In this document: positions 1 through 13,309 of the stretch, in pieces
Numbering within the stretch: position 1 is the first letter of the stretch
How the letters are laid out: every line of letters begins with the position of its first letter
From: Albugo candida
Lineage: Eukaryota
Direction of reading: 5' to 3'
Length of the DNA stretch: 64,000 bases
Assembly (NCBI GenBank): GCA_040437565.1
Contig: JBDOQK010000059.1
Span: 62,001 to 126,000, forward strand
Program-made: the position numbers and the translations under genes
Notes under the pieces: model-generated
Databases searched by the model: none
What the model saw: only the letters and a program-made list of their open reading frames with translations
What the model was told of the DNA's origin: nothing

Positions 1-486
1 AACGACGCACGCCTCCTCTAAACCATTGTCTCGTAAGCTTTTAACGAATAGTCACCTCTTGGTCAATACCGTACCCATCGTCATTGTCATAAGCGATGCG
101 CATTTCTAGAATTTGTTTACAGCGATTAGATCCGTGACATAAAAGTCCTTCATGTCACCAAGAAACACATTTACCAGATGCGATTAAGCTGCTGTCACAA
201 GAAAAGCGTCGACGTATACTCACACCCCTACGAAAGTGTGTTCGCAATACACACATGTATCCGTAAGACACTGAGTGGAGTACAAGCTCCTATGTACAAT
301 CTACGACATAAAGATACGGACAACCATTTATCTGCTGAATTGTGCTCGACTATCGTTTGTGTCGAGTTTCCTACGCTGAGTCAGGTATTCTGGTGGTTAG
401 TTTGTTTAGTTTGGTGGACCAAATAGGTGGAAGTGAGAAAGTTGGCGGGAAGGTACACGGACCTCCGCGACATACTGATAGGGTAC

Positions 487-824
487 ATCACTAACCCTCG
501 ACCAAAAAGATAGATAACGCACTGTGTTCGCCTCCAAAATACATGGCTGCATGCTCTTGCATGTTTTTTGCGTGCTCATTGTCGAATTACGTGTTTTTTC
601 TGCATCGAAGCCATGGAGCGAAAGCCGACTCTGACCGATCGAACGAAGAAACTCTCCGGGTGATTAGCGAGATCCTTGCGCGCTCCAGAAACGTCGTCCA
701 CGCTTACTCAAGAAATTTTGATGGCTGGGAGAAAGCCCAAACTCGGTCCGCGTGATCTGCGGTGCATCATCAAGACCGCAATCAGCAGCGATTTCTCCAC
801 TGCCACCATCACCAACACCGTGAC
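487..824 (+). mobile_element. Tc1/IS630-type transposon 5' fragment (frameshifted HTH region), cut by gap
   Basis: Peptides RSRNVVHAY... and GRKPKLGPRDLRCIIKTAISS resemble the Tc1/Tc3 GRPxKL linker region. Upstream cactaaccctcgaccaaaaagat resembles the TIR of the Tc1 at 25593. Confidence 0.55.
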
Positions 825-1142
825 NNNNNNNNNNNNNNNNNNNNNNNNNNNNNNNNNNNNNNNNNNNNNNNNNNNNNNNNNNNNNNNNNNNNNNNNNNNN
901 NNNNNNNNNNNNNNNNNNNNNNNNGTCCTAGAAAAACCTCCGTTGTCCTAGATAGAGCAGGGATGCTCATCACTCACCCATCACTGGTGACTCAAATTCA
1001 ACGACACCTCGGCACAAACACACTAGAAATTGAACTCAACCAAGTAGCTCAACACACTCAGCACCTACACAAACTGCGCAATGCTAGAACTTGTGGAAAG
1101 AATGGTTCACACACAGAAGAGTTGATGGAATAGGACTAAATA

Positions 1143-3022
1143 TCATGTGGTGGTGGTAGTGCTGGGTGAATATTCCGGGGTGGAGCAGCGGAGCACGACC
1201 TTCAATGCAAGTACGCGCATTATGGCCCTCTCTATTGTAGTTCCTGGGAGAAGAGCACCTAACTGATTGCTAACGCGCTCAAACAGGGAAGGATCCCGTC
1301 GCGTAGATCTTGTTGGCCTTCCTCTTGTCTGGATCATTACTGGGTCATGCATGGTACCATCCGCAACCTGCAGTACATAGTCAAGCAATACCCCCTTCTT
1401 CGATGATTGATAGCAATTGCATATTGGTGAGTAATGCCTGCCAACGCTTCATCGAATCTAAGGAAGTCTGGGACAGCAATATTCTAGAAGGCTGAGTTAG
1501 CCACCAGTGTTGATCAAATTCGTAAATGGTAAGAGGATCTTGGCGTCTGCGTATTGCATGTTGACAGGGATGGCCCATTGTCGAGGTAAGCAAGCCTCGG
1601 CTAGTTAAGTGGTTAGCTTCACCATCAGCAAAACGCTTGCTATAAGTTTGATGGGAAAGCTTCAATTCTGGCTTCGAGATTTTGTCCATGGCTTCCGAGA
1701 ACACTACACCGAAATGCAAGGTCGCAATTGTTCTTTGTTTGCATTTTTCCTGAACAATTGCTGCAAGCGGGGCATCACATGCAAGTTTTATCGCAATGTA
1801 AACTGTGAGGAGATCGCCAGTGGAGACCGAAATCCATTTCTTTGAAGCCGCATGTGTACTCTCCACCCGCGAAGGTTCCCGGACCATAGTGGCGCTTATT
1901 TCGCAAGTTGCAGTACCAATTCGATCTTTCCATGTTAGCCAGATGTCTTCTACATAGCGCATAAATTTGGTCTATTGCTGAATTCTATGCGCATTGATGC
2001 GAGCTGGGTCTCATAGTCGTCAACTTTGTCCTTTGCAATCAGCGATTTTCATTGCTTGAAAAGTTTTCAACAGCTTCTTGTGTTGCAAATGCACGTTTTT
2101 TGCATAAGAATGTTTTTGTTAGTGTGCCAGCGACAGAGCAGACAGTTAAATGTGGGAAATGACGTCAAGCGCATGCATCAGTGCGAGCTCAAGATCTGTA
2201 ACAAAAGTACAGTTGTTGGCAGTCCCGTAGTGTTGAAACACATCTCGTAGAAGACTCATTGTCCACATATAATCTTCAGATCGTTCAGATCGTATAAAGC
2301 CATATACGAAGATATATATCTTATTTGTTGCTGTTATGCCAGCAATATGCACTATCAGAAGATTGATTTTGTTGGTCTTATATGTTGCGTCAATGAGCCA
2401 GACACGGCCGGCGCTAAACTTTTGACATATCTCTTTTTGTTCCAGTATATTCGAGAACAATTCATAACAGTATTTAGGCTGTCATCAATCTCCAACTGGA
2501 TGATATATCATGTGGTCATGATCGTTCGATATTCAAATCATCACCACTCATCTTATAGAATGAAGAAAACGTTGCAATCTTACCTTGGGCATGAAAGTAT
2601 CTCTCATAACACATCACAAGATGTGTTAGCTTGTGTTCATCGTGTTTTGTATAGTATTCGATTCTTGCAGCTAGGTTATCAACCAGCGCAACAGATGACG
2701 TACGTCCTGCAAGTAATATTCTCCGATCTGTAGCACATATGTTGTAAAAATCTTGCAATGTTGATGAAACTCCGCCATTTTGGCACAGTGAGGTAACAAT
2801 GCGTGAGGGTGTTACTCCAGAGCGTCCCAATGTTATTGCCATATCACTTCGGTTTCTTGATAAATGACGTCCTTGCGGATGAGCCTTCTTTTTTATTCCC
2901 AACACGTCTAGTATGCAAACTACTAATGCATATCCTTCAGCTAGTGCATGTGCAAAAAGAGCATTATCAGCTTCCTCCAAGGATGAATAAGCAATCTCAT
3001 CCGGTGCAGTGAACACGTTCAA
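1143..3022 (-). mobile_element. Degenerate MULE (Mutator/FAR1-like) transposase
   Basis: Fragmented ORFs: WLIDATYKTNK...FVTDLELALMHAL (MULE DDE), RVESTHA..KKW, MGHPCQH (SWIM-like), and C-terminal TRGRP..STRRDPSLFE. Multiple frameshifts. Confidence 0.88.
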
Positions 3023-3277
3023 TTGTTCGAGATGACTCTATAATTCAATATCTATGTGAGTATTCGCGATATAAGTGATTGGCTGATGAGTTGAGTGGTA
3101 CTAGGTATTACAAGTGAGTGAACATTGATTTCCGTCTAACATCAATTTGAGTGAATTTTTTTAGCCAATAAATTAGAGGGTGAGTGAATACTATCAAGAG
3201 GGAGTGAATAAAAGAGCAAGTATTATTTAGAATTCCTTATTTAATCAAATACGAAACGCGTGTGCTCAACACAAAAA

Positions 3278-6200
3278 TGTTATTATTCACTCACGCACTT
3301 CGATATACAAACGGCAAACTAGCCAAGTTTGACCTCCTCGCCTCCAAAGTGGCTTCGTCATCACATCTTTAACATGTTCCACTTTCAACACACCTCCATC
3401 GGGGACTTCATCCATTCGTTATCTCGCTGGCATTATCGTTCAGCCCGACAAAACATTTAGCTCCTCCAGTCTAGAGTGCTGTAACCACTTTCTTCATGAG
3501 ATCCGCAGGCATCCGACAGCTTTCCAGGTAGGGCATCAATAATCCATTCTGTGCGTGTGAGCTCACAAAATTTGATTCTCACATGTACATGCTTCGATTT
3601 GACAGTAGGCCCATCTCCTCCAAGCTGTTTAAGCGCTGCCTGATTGTCCGCATATAGTATCTTAGGTTTGTTGCATTTTACTCCAAATTCACGTAGTAAC
3701 TCACGTACTCCAAGCGCTTGAGCCAATACCACTGATGCTGCCGTAAACTCTGCCTCCATTGTCGATGATGAGACGCCTACTTTTTTTTATCCAGGTAAGT
3801 CACCGGCATTCCGCCCACAGTACTCCAGCCTGTATGTCCACACTGTTAGCAGAAAAATCAGCGTCGCTGTAACCTATGATGCTTATTATTTCCTGAGCAA
3901 GATTTTTCTGCCGCATTTGAAGACGTACTGTCTTATCTTATTGCAGATATCTGGCAATTTTCTGAGAGTTCTAGTCATTTTTTGATGGTGAGTGTGTGCG
4001 CCAAGAGACTCGATGCACCGCATACAGCATGTCAGGTCTGCGACAGCGTGTGGCAGCCAAAGTAAAATTCCCACCGAAGATTATAATTCTTAATCGTTAT
4101 TTTTCCAACTTCGCAAAAGCCCGGTAAGGGCTTTTCATCGATCTCGTCAACTTCATTTATTTATTTTTTTTTGATTTATATTTTTTACTATATAGTAACG
4201 TCCAAAACCATTTGCTTCCTCACCGATTTGTGTACGAACACTGCGTGGATATTCCACTCTGTTGTCCTTCAACATTTCTTGGCTAATCACTTCTGTTTTT
4301 GGTTTATATCATACCCAGTATCTTCGGTATAAGTGATACGCCTCTCTAAGAACTTGTGCATCTTTCCAAGGGTTTTGAGTGAAAGGTGTTGTGATTGATC
4401 AACGAAAATATCCACAGGATTTGCGGTTCGTCGCTGTCATCAGTAGATCGTCCAGATAGACACCAACCACAACAATACCTCTAAAAGTGTTCTCGGTACA
4501 CTCACATATCTCTTAGGCACTGCAAAAATCCCAAACTTTTCAAATGCATGTGAAAATAATTCAATCCACAACCGCCTCGCTTCTTTCAATCCATACAAAG
4601 CCTTCTTTAGTTCCAACGTGAGATCACTCACACGAATTTTCTCCAAATTATCGGTCACATCCTTTTCAATATCCATTCTTTTTGAAAATCGCAAGTAAAT
4701 GCTCGAATCGATACTTCTCGGCTTCAACTTAGGCATTAGAAATATTGCCGTTTTTGACTGGCACACACCACTTTCGAGCAAGTGTCAATGATATCTTGAC
4801 GCTTGACATATTCATGGTCGCCGAAAATTAAATGTTGTAGTCCCAACCGAACACTTCCTCATTTCTACATGCCGCCAACCGGGCCTTAAATCGTTAAAAA
4901 ACATTGTTCGCGTCGCTTTCTGTTTTGTAAACCCACTTTGCATGTAGGCTATCTGCACCGTCCGGTAAACGAACTACATTACATTACAGAAGCCCTTTTG
5001 TTCTAGTGCACTAACCTCTTCTCACATCGCCACATCACATTCCAGTGTTCCTTTTGAAGACTTCTCATCGCTTGACCAAACTTTTGCGGATCCGCATCCC
5101 GCACAAGATTGACAATACCTGCTACAATATCTCCACTCAAAACCTTCGTACTCTGCATATTTTTTTTAATTGGTTGTGAGCAGTTCAGCGTCTCTCTCTT
5201 TTCCAGCTCACTTCATTTTCCAAGGCGTTGGTTGTCTCACATTTCTCATTGTTTGCTTCGTTTTTCTTGGTTGCTTTGATGAATCCTTCTCTTCCTCGTC
5301 TCATAGTAGACCCTGATTTAGCTGCTTGCCCTGCTCATTACTGAAGGTCTCGATGTTTTCACATGTTGCGTAGTGATCACAACGCGTTCATTCGGCAAAT
5401 ACAAGCGGTAACCCTTAGTCGTTTTTTTCAATGTCAAAGATTAAACCACGCTATCCTCGCTGCGTAAAAGTTTTCCTCCTTGGGTCGAAAAATAGGTGTG
5501 TTCGGGATCCAAAAATAACGATTTCGCCAAGTTTAGCTGTGACATTCGTCAGAATTGCATTGGTCAAACTCTGCCAGGGTTCGCCTTTGTGGGCGAGCGG
5601 TTTATAATTTATGCCGCATATTGAATTGCGTCTCCCCAGAAATATAACGGCGCCTAGCACCCATAAATCATGCACCTGGCCAATTCAAAATGGTCCGATG
5701 CATTCCTCAAAATTTCCGTTGCTTGCCTGATTCCTTGTCTCATTCCTTTGCCTTCCCACACCGGTTTTCTTGCAAAACAAATCGATGTTCTCATATACTC
5801 TACCCAGATCGGTTCGCAAAACATGAATTTTAAATTTCTAGTCTCTTCTCGAAATAAACTAAAAAAATCTCAATTTTTTTCGCACCATCCTTTGTCTTGG
5901 CTAACTTGTAAAGAGTGGAGACGGTACACATTAGTAATAGTTCCATCATGTCAAGATTTCGTTTAATCTACAAAATTTACCATGTACCTATTTCCAAGAC
6001 ATTTTCTCGGTGTAGTCGGACCCTTTAAGTCAGAGCAAAAAATCCACCGATGTGGTCAACTGGAGAGCGCTCACCCGAATCAATCTTGGCCTGATGATTT
6101 CTGCTCTGCTTTCCTTGAGAACAGGTCAGCCAATTTTCAAGAATATGATCCGTATCCGTAAGCATCATTTTAGATGTAGAGTTCTTGGCTAATCGTCCAA

Positions 6201-8045
6201 CAGCATCATAGTTAAGGTGGTTTTATCTTCTTTGGAACTTCATTAGTGTTCCGTTTTGAACTACACTCGTGGATTAATTTTATGTTCGCAACATCCATCA
6301 ATGGCCGCCAAAATGACGTCACGAACATGGCAGACGTTTCGGTGAATTTTGGCCTTTACAACGCGTGCATATTTCATCTAATCGACATGATTAGTTACAG
6401 TTTTGCCATCATTGCTTACAAGGACACGATTTTCTGCTTGTTTCGTTAGTGAGTATCCTTTTTCGTCTAAAATTTCATACGATATAAGATTATGTGTAAG
6501 CCTTTGCATAGTAAACGTCCGTAAGATTCACGGTTAATTGTTCTTCCGAAGCCATAAAACTCAACTTTACAGATCCTCTTTTGCTGATCTTTGAAGGATT
6601 TCCATCTGTCTGTACGCAAGTGCCTTCAGCAACTTCCAAGTCGTCTAGCCTGTTTCATATCTAGCCAGGTGACTACTAGAGCCACTGTCCAAAATTCCAT
6701 TTTGTTCATCACTGCCCAGTAGGTCCGGAATAGAAGAGGTGAGATCTTCTTCATCCTTTTCTCGCTGATGCGCTATTGGAAAGTTGGCCTGAAATGACCC
6801 ACTTTTCCACAGATATGACATCGTCTCGTATCTTGAAACTAACGGTCTGAATTGTGCTAACAAGTTCCCTCCCAGTTCGTTCATATACTGCTGTTGACTC
6901 CCACGCTTGTGCAAAGTGTGTCAACTCTTCCGCATGTTGGAGGTGTACGTTGCGATCATCCCCTTTCACCACTAAAACGATTCGCATCCCTTGAGAAGAA
7001 CATTGAACGATATTGGTTTAAATGAGGTAGTCCAACCCACCATCCGATGCCTCAGGCACTGCGTTCAAGTACATTAGGTGGTCTATCCACGACCCTCTCG
7101 CATCTTCAGGGTGAGTAAACAACTCCATTGCTTGCGTGCCGGCGTAATTGTGGTTTTACGTGCTTATAGCATCCTTTCATGGCATATTGAAGTTTCAGTA
7201 CTTGGCTCCACCAAGATTTAATCTGTTCGTTGAAATATATTCCGGCTATACTTTCCAGGTGATGGCCAAATAAATCAGCCTTGACATCTTCAGGCCACGA
7301 AAAACGCCACGTAGATTGAGCGATAACGATTTGTCTCTCAAATCGTCTCCCTCATTCCAAGAATCCAGACCCCAAACCTTAATAAAACTCCTTAGGTCGA
7401 ATGGTTTGATCTTTAACTCTTTCTGTCGCGCTTCAGGATATTTGAGTACAGCTTGAAATACCGTGCAAATTGCAGGTCCTTGCATAATCATACCTGCACC
7501 ACCATTGCCTTGGATCCCCTGGATGTCCGGCACTCCACCATCACCACCGACCTAGTAGTCGCGCACGCCGTATCCAGGCTGATGCTCGTCAATAAACTAT
7601 GTAGGTACATAGCAATGTACTCTTTTCTCCACATTCCTTTCAGGAATGTCTATTGGGATTCCCAGATGCATCCGCGTACCACTGCCCAGTACCGACTAAA
7701 CAAGTTTAGATTCCTTTCCGGGCTCATGGATTGATCTATTGAGATCCTCCTGGCCTTCCCGTTCATTTCCACATCCCTTCGAAGATCAGTCTTTGACTCT
7801 TCCAGACGATCTGAATGACCAACTAATCCATGCATGAGCTGCAACGATTCACCTTTGTCTTCTATATCATCTCTATTTCAATCCTAATCTTCTTAGTTGT
7901 CTACGCCAGCCCATTATCATGCTTTTCGCTTTTACTTCATACTACCCTGGCTCTCTCGTGGCCAGGAGTTGTCATAGGTAATGAGGCATTATTCTCGTCA
8001 ACCAATTACCCATGTACAATTTCGTTCATTGAAACCATAACCTGT
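3278..8045 (-). mobile_element. Degenerate Ty1/Copia LTR retrotransposon (5' LTR not found)
   Basis: Minus-strand order is gag, protease (ILDSGSSSHL), integrase, RT (KALYGLKEARRLW), RNase H (MEAEF..YADNQAAL..KSKH). Putative 3' LTR 3278-3390 (TGTTA...CAACA) follows a purine tract. PBS-like GGTTATGG at 8035-8042. Many stops. Confidence 0.9.
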
Positions 8046-8731
8046 CAAACCCCGGTACTGTTACGGCAGACCCGACACGGGGGAAGCAGACCAGAACACG
8101 GGCTTTACTTTCAAAAGAGAAAAGTGGTATATTGAGCTATTCTTTTTTCTCAGCTAAATACGGAACGCTGCCCTCCACGCAACAATATTATGTAGTCTAC
8201 GCACTTATAAAGACATGGAGCTGGAAAGTGATCAAAATTATAATCTATAATTTCGGCGTCAATGACAACCCCCAGAATGACTTTGAGCTCGCACGTCCGG
8301 GAAGTTGTGCTTTCTTTTTCCGAGCTAGCCGAGCAATATCCTGAGAGTGAGGTACTCAAGCTATACTAAGATCAAAGTCACTGCAAAATTTCGCTGTTTA
8401 GCGGGAAAGCGTTTGTGACTTTGGAAATGTCGGGTCGATATGAGCAATTGTGAGAGCTATAGCACATAATATGAATTATGAAAGTGAATCCAATGTATGA
8501 TACCAGCAGTCAAGAAAGCATTCGATTCTACGAATAATTAGCTTGTATGAACCTACATACCTATCTATTGAATGGATGGGAAGGAACTAAAAGCTGATAG
8601 AGATAGAGCGTCAGTAAGAAAGCCATGAGCTCCAACAAAGTGTACAATGAAAGCAACTGTAAATGCAAATGCATCGCTTCTACAATAGTGTGAAGCACAT
8701 TATTTTGATCGGAAGGGTTTTGAGCATCTCC

Positions 8732-9162
8732 ATGTATCGCTCATTGCCGACTCGATGCCGCCAACTGGCAAAACACAGCGTGGCATTACATGTGCCGAGT
8801 TATAATGCTCTCAGAGCTACAATTTCTTCTGGCTGTGAAAGATCTTTTGCAACAATATATGACGCTAAGCCGCGGAAAGAAGTAACGTAGAATCTAGCTT
8901 CGACTGGTTTGGTACAACGCTGTTAATGACTCTATTTATGTAGGATACCGTGCGCCATCGAAGTGATGCTGAGGTTCGTATAGCAAAACTACCGATAGTA
9001 GAGGTTGAAGGAAGCTTTGCGGTTTGTGATGGTGGTGGAGGTGCACTGGGTCATCCTTTGGAATACATCCAGCTTGATACTGTTGAGCGATATGAGCCTC
9101 AAACATGCAAATACTGCGGGATCCGTTACAAAATGAAGGAGGGATATCATCCTAGACATTAA
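8732..9162 (+). CDS. NDUFS6: Mitochondrial complex I 13 kDa zinc-finger (zf-CHCC) subunit, 2 exons (8732-8881, 8944-9162)
   Basis: CDGGGGALGHP..YI.LD...CKYCG motif. Arg/Ser-rich transit-like N-terminus. In-frame GT-AG intron 8882-8943. Confidence 0.85.
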
Positions 9163-9550
9163 GCTTGTTTGATTGAGGTATAAAACAAAGTGGTTAACAA
9201 TGACTTGCACTTTTGAATCTTTACTTTTGTTATCATGGCCATTCAAATGAGAGCAAAAGTAACAACAACACCATACAAGTGGACTTGACGATATAATGAA
9301 GTCAGGCAGATGTGTAGACAAAGAATTTCTACAGAAGATGAGATAACACAATGTCCTAAGTGCTGAGAGACTCGAAGAAGCATTCAAACTGATAGATTGC
9401 TGGTGGAGAGCATTCAAAGCCGTTTATGTACTCACGACTCAATCTCCGGATAGTATCGAGTTAGAATCTGTCAATCAAGCGTGTAGTATTTCAAATAGGC
9501 ACTTAGTTGAGAACTTGTGGTCGTGACTACCCGTCATTTTATCAGTCTCA

Positions 9551-10794
9551 TTAGGGGCATCTCTCTCGTATGAGTTCCTTCTTCTTTTGACGCAACTCTT
9601 TTCGACTAGTTGCGATTGTTGGCGGCAATATATCCCGAAACCGCACCGTTTTACGCAATGAAGACGTAATTTGGTCGACATCTTGGTCACCAGACTTGAT
9701 CGGCATGACGGAGATGACTGATGGTGAAGTCTTGTGTGCTTTCGCAGTCTCAATTCGGTCTTTTTGCCTCTTTCTCCATCTCTGAAATAAAAGACGTCAC
9801 TGCAGATTCAGGTAGTAAATGGTAAAGTGACCGTTACCGCTTCAAAATCTTCAGTCCGAAATCCATCAAGTGACAAATTAATCCGTTTCGGTGGTGAGCT
9901 TGTCTCGATGTCGCCTAACGCACGAATACTATCGTAATGCTCGCTGTCGCTAAAATAAAGATGAACAAGTCGTTGCGGCCGTCCATCATACTCAATTAAC
10001 ATGGGAACGCTAGCGCTCTGATCAATGCAGAACGCTTTAGCACACTCCGAACCTCACCCCATCTTCGCACCTGATGAATGAGGATATCGGCATCAAAATA
10101 TTGAGACGCCGCAAAAATTTCCTGATTGCCTCCCCAAACTCCATCTTGACGCATTCTTTCGACATACTGTCCCAAATAATCAGATAGCTCATATGAAAGC
10201 ATTGAAAGAAGTAAGTACATGATCGAAGGACTCCGTGGCTTCGAGAAAAGGCTCGAACAAGCATCTCTTTTCTATGATGTAATCCACGACTCGCTAGGGG
10301 TAGCAATACGTGTCATGTTTCCGCCGGTGTATGTCCAAAGCAGAGTTACCCTCCGAATAAGCTGATGAAGATGCTGCCCTCCATACAGTTGGTCACTGAG
10401 AGCGCTACGCTAAATGTGGAACGATTGTAAAAACCATTAAGATGAGTCGAGTTCGTCAGGCTTCCAAGAAAGTACAATCAGACCGAAAGAGGCAGTTTCC
10501 GTCAGCTTCGATATCCTGACACATACAAGGATGAAGGATGAATAATGACCAAGGATCTCATCCATGAAATGAACTATCGACGTACTACTAAATAACATCC
10601 AATACAATCCAGGTATTCTTTGATTGCTTTGTCTGTGCTATTTGAGAACTTGACTTGATTCGCTGCTTTATTCTTGTGTGTGGCGAAACGTTTTTTTTCT
10701 TTCTGTTCAGAAGATAAAGATAATCAGATGTTATTAGCTGATCGCACGAGTTCAGACAAATATATGATGCCTTTTTGTCACCCTTTTTTGCCAT
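9551..10794 (-). CDS. OTU-domain deubiquitinase (OTUD3-like), multi-exon; 3' end approximate
   Basis: Spliced exons give DIEADGNCLFR (Cys box), WGGNQEIFAASQYF and HLYFSDSEHYDSIR (His box). Confidence 0.82.
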
Positions 10795-11363
10795 TCTTCA
10801 GGAGGCTTCTATTCAAATGATATAGCCAACAACGTATCATCCTCCTCGCGAGGTACACAGATGGCAAAAAAGGCTTCAACAGCATGTGAAGTAAAATGTA
10901 ACCATTAAGTCAATTCCTCAACATGGGGCGTCTAACGCATGCGGGTCCTACACAGTACTTTTACATGTGGCATCAATTTGTGCACGCCATTCCAATTTAG
11001 GCACTTCTACGTATGCCCTCTCATCACTCATATGTTTGGTGAGACTGGTCCGAGACTCATCCGCAGCGATCGTTGGCTTTTTGACTGCCGAAATTGAACG
11101 TTCGTATGTAAATATCAGGCAACGCACGAGTGTATGTGTCATTATGCTTCAGAAAAACGAAACGCACGGGCGAGAAGGAGAATTCAAGCGGGATGATCCT
11201 TGTCTCTCGCCTTTATTCATAAAGTCGCACAATATACGGGGTACAATATGGAGTGACGTGGCAATACAATGATAGATGAACTTGTGAGATCTTCTTTTTG
11301 GGACCAAGTCTAAGTCGATCATAATACAATTCGCGGCCTTCAGACCATCTCAAAGCATTCAAT

Positions 11364-12537
11364 ATGTTGTCGAAACATCACGCATTATATATGTTTGTAC
11401 TGTTAAAGTGCACACTCGCACAAACTTCAGGCGATTGCGCTATTCGTGGTGCCTATGAAGCCGTAACAACGAGAGAGAAAATCAAAAAATGCACCACTTT
11501 GACATTCGGGAATTTGACGGTACCTGGCGGGGTGCAACTTGATTTGAGCAACCTCCCAGGAGGCATGACACTTGAATTCACTGGAAAGATTGTTTTCGAA
11601 TGCAAGGTGTGAAATAAGCAAGAATGCAACCATATCATCAGTAACTAATCGTGGCTGTTCACTTGCATAGGAACAAGATAAGAACTATCTAGTGTTGATT
11701 TCCGGAAAAAATGTGCATATCACCGGTACGGGTGATAATTCGTTTGATGGGAACGGAGCATGTTACTGGGAAAAGAAGAAAGCAGGTGGCAAAAAAAAAC
11801 CTAAATTTTTCCTACTTCACTTAGTCGACTCCCACGTCGAAAACCTCACCGTTTTGAATGCGCCTATCCATGTCTTTATGATATCCAATTGTCAGAACAC
11901 GCTATTTAACAATATCAAGATCGATAATCGAGCTGGAGACGGGCTTGCCAGCAATACGGATGGATTTCATGTGACAGAGTCGACAGACATTGTGATCAGA
12001 GACTGCTTCGTATACAATCAAGATGATTGTTTCACGGCAACATCTGGAAAGAACATAACGTTCACAGAATCAACTTGTGAAAAAGGAAACGGTGTATCTC
12101 TCGGATCGATCGGTAACAAGGCTACAAATGACGTCAGCGACGTATCATTGTCCAACATCACTATCAAAAATAGCTTGAATGGGTTTCGTATCAAGACTGT
12201 ACTAAACGCAGTCGGAAGTGTGTCCAACGTCAAGGTGAGCGACCTTATTCTGATGAATATAACAGATTTTGGCATCGTGGTTCGTCAAGACTACTTGGAT
12301 GCAAAAGGCAATGTGCCAAAAAGGATTCCAACTAATGGAGTTACCATCACGAATTTGACCATAACCAACATTTATGGGACAGTGTCACCAACAGGACAGC
12401 GTACCCTCGAATACTGCGGCACAACCTCGTGTTCCCGTTGGAATTGGAGCAATATACATATTCAGGGTGGTTCGGAGGAAGGACTAGCCAAATGTCTGAA
12501 TCCGCCAAAAGAATCGTCCGGCGTGAAGTGTATATGA
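11364..12537 (+). CDS. Secreted GH28 endopolygalacturonase-like protein PG-A (exons 11364-11606, 11671-12537; about 369 aa)
   Basis: Signal peptide. NTDG, QDD, G(N)G, RIK and RQDY motifs. 64-bp GT-AG intron with CTAAT branch point. Confidence 0.92.
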
Positions 12538-13279
12538 ATACGTGTAGTTCTGTGTTTGTTCTGTAAATCCAAATTAAAAGATCGTAGATGCACTCCACGA
12601 GTAATCTCCCGAGAAATAAATGCATTTTGAGTAGCTCGACGTCGACTGGGAGAAGACAGTTTTCTAGTTGATTTTCAAGTGCATCTTCATAAGTAGTCGA
12701 TAAGCCAAGATCATTCCTTGCAAACAACGTCTCCACAGTAGCAAAGCTATCAGTACTTATCTCGAGTCAGGCAGCTAGTCTACTAGTTTTGAGCTTTTCT
12801 GTCCGACTCTTCTTCGGTTTTGATTCTTGAGGTATATAAGAACTGGAGTAATCGCTAGATTCTTCATACGCCCCAGATATCATTTGTAGCGACCAGATCG
12901 CAGCGCTAGTATAAGCTTTCGAAGTCTATATTTTGTTCTGACTTGGTTGCCCGTCTTCTGACCCGCCTTAGAGCTAGCTGCGACTAAACATCCATTAGCT
13001 ACAAATGTCTTGCTATTAGAAATCTGAAAATCAATTTGGAATGACTGCCCATTTATAATGTATCGAACATAGACGCACAAACTACATAGCTATTGATCTA
13101 TCATGTGTTGTCGTGATTCAGATACAAATATTCTGCAGCTTTTCTGACGGCAATTGATTTGAAGGATCCAGATAGGAATACAACCAGAATTATCTTGAAC
13201 TTTCTTCGAATCACGCTGACAATTTTTCGCATAGAAAAGGACTCGAAAGCGCACATCCAATTTCAACGAGTACGATAAA

Positions 13280-13294
13280 CTCATTTTACAATTT
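13280..13294 (+). promoter_or_regulatory. Oomycete INR+FPR core promoter element
   Basis: CTCATTTTACAATTT matches the GCTCATTYYNCAWTT consensus and lies 15 bp upstream of ATG 13310. Confidence 0.7.
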
Positions 13295-13309
13295 GATTGA
13301 ATCTCCACA

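Noticed and set aside
925-3240. Possible MULE TIRs (TCACTCACCC…ACTCAAATT and its inverse)
   Set aside because: Only two short blocks match and no TSD is identifiable; the left end is next to a gap.
8150-8359. Minus-strand peptide resembling an ABCG transporter H-loop region (HFPAPCLYKCVDYIILLRGGQ)
   Set aside because: Similarity is too short, with no Walker or signature motifs; cannot be supported without a search.
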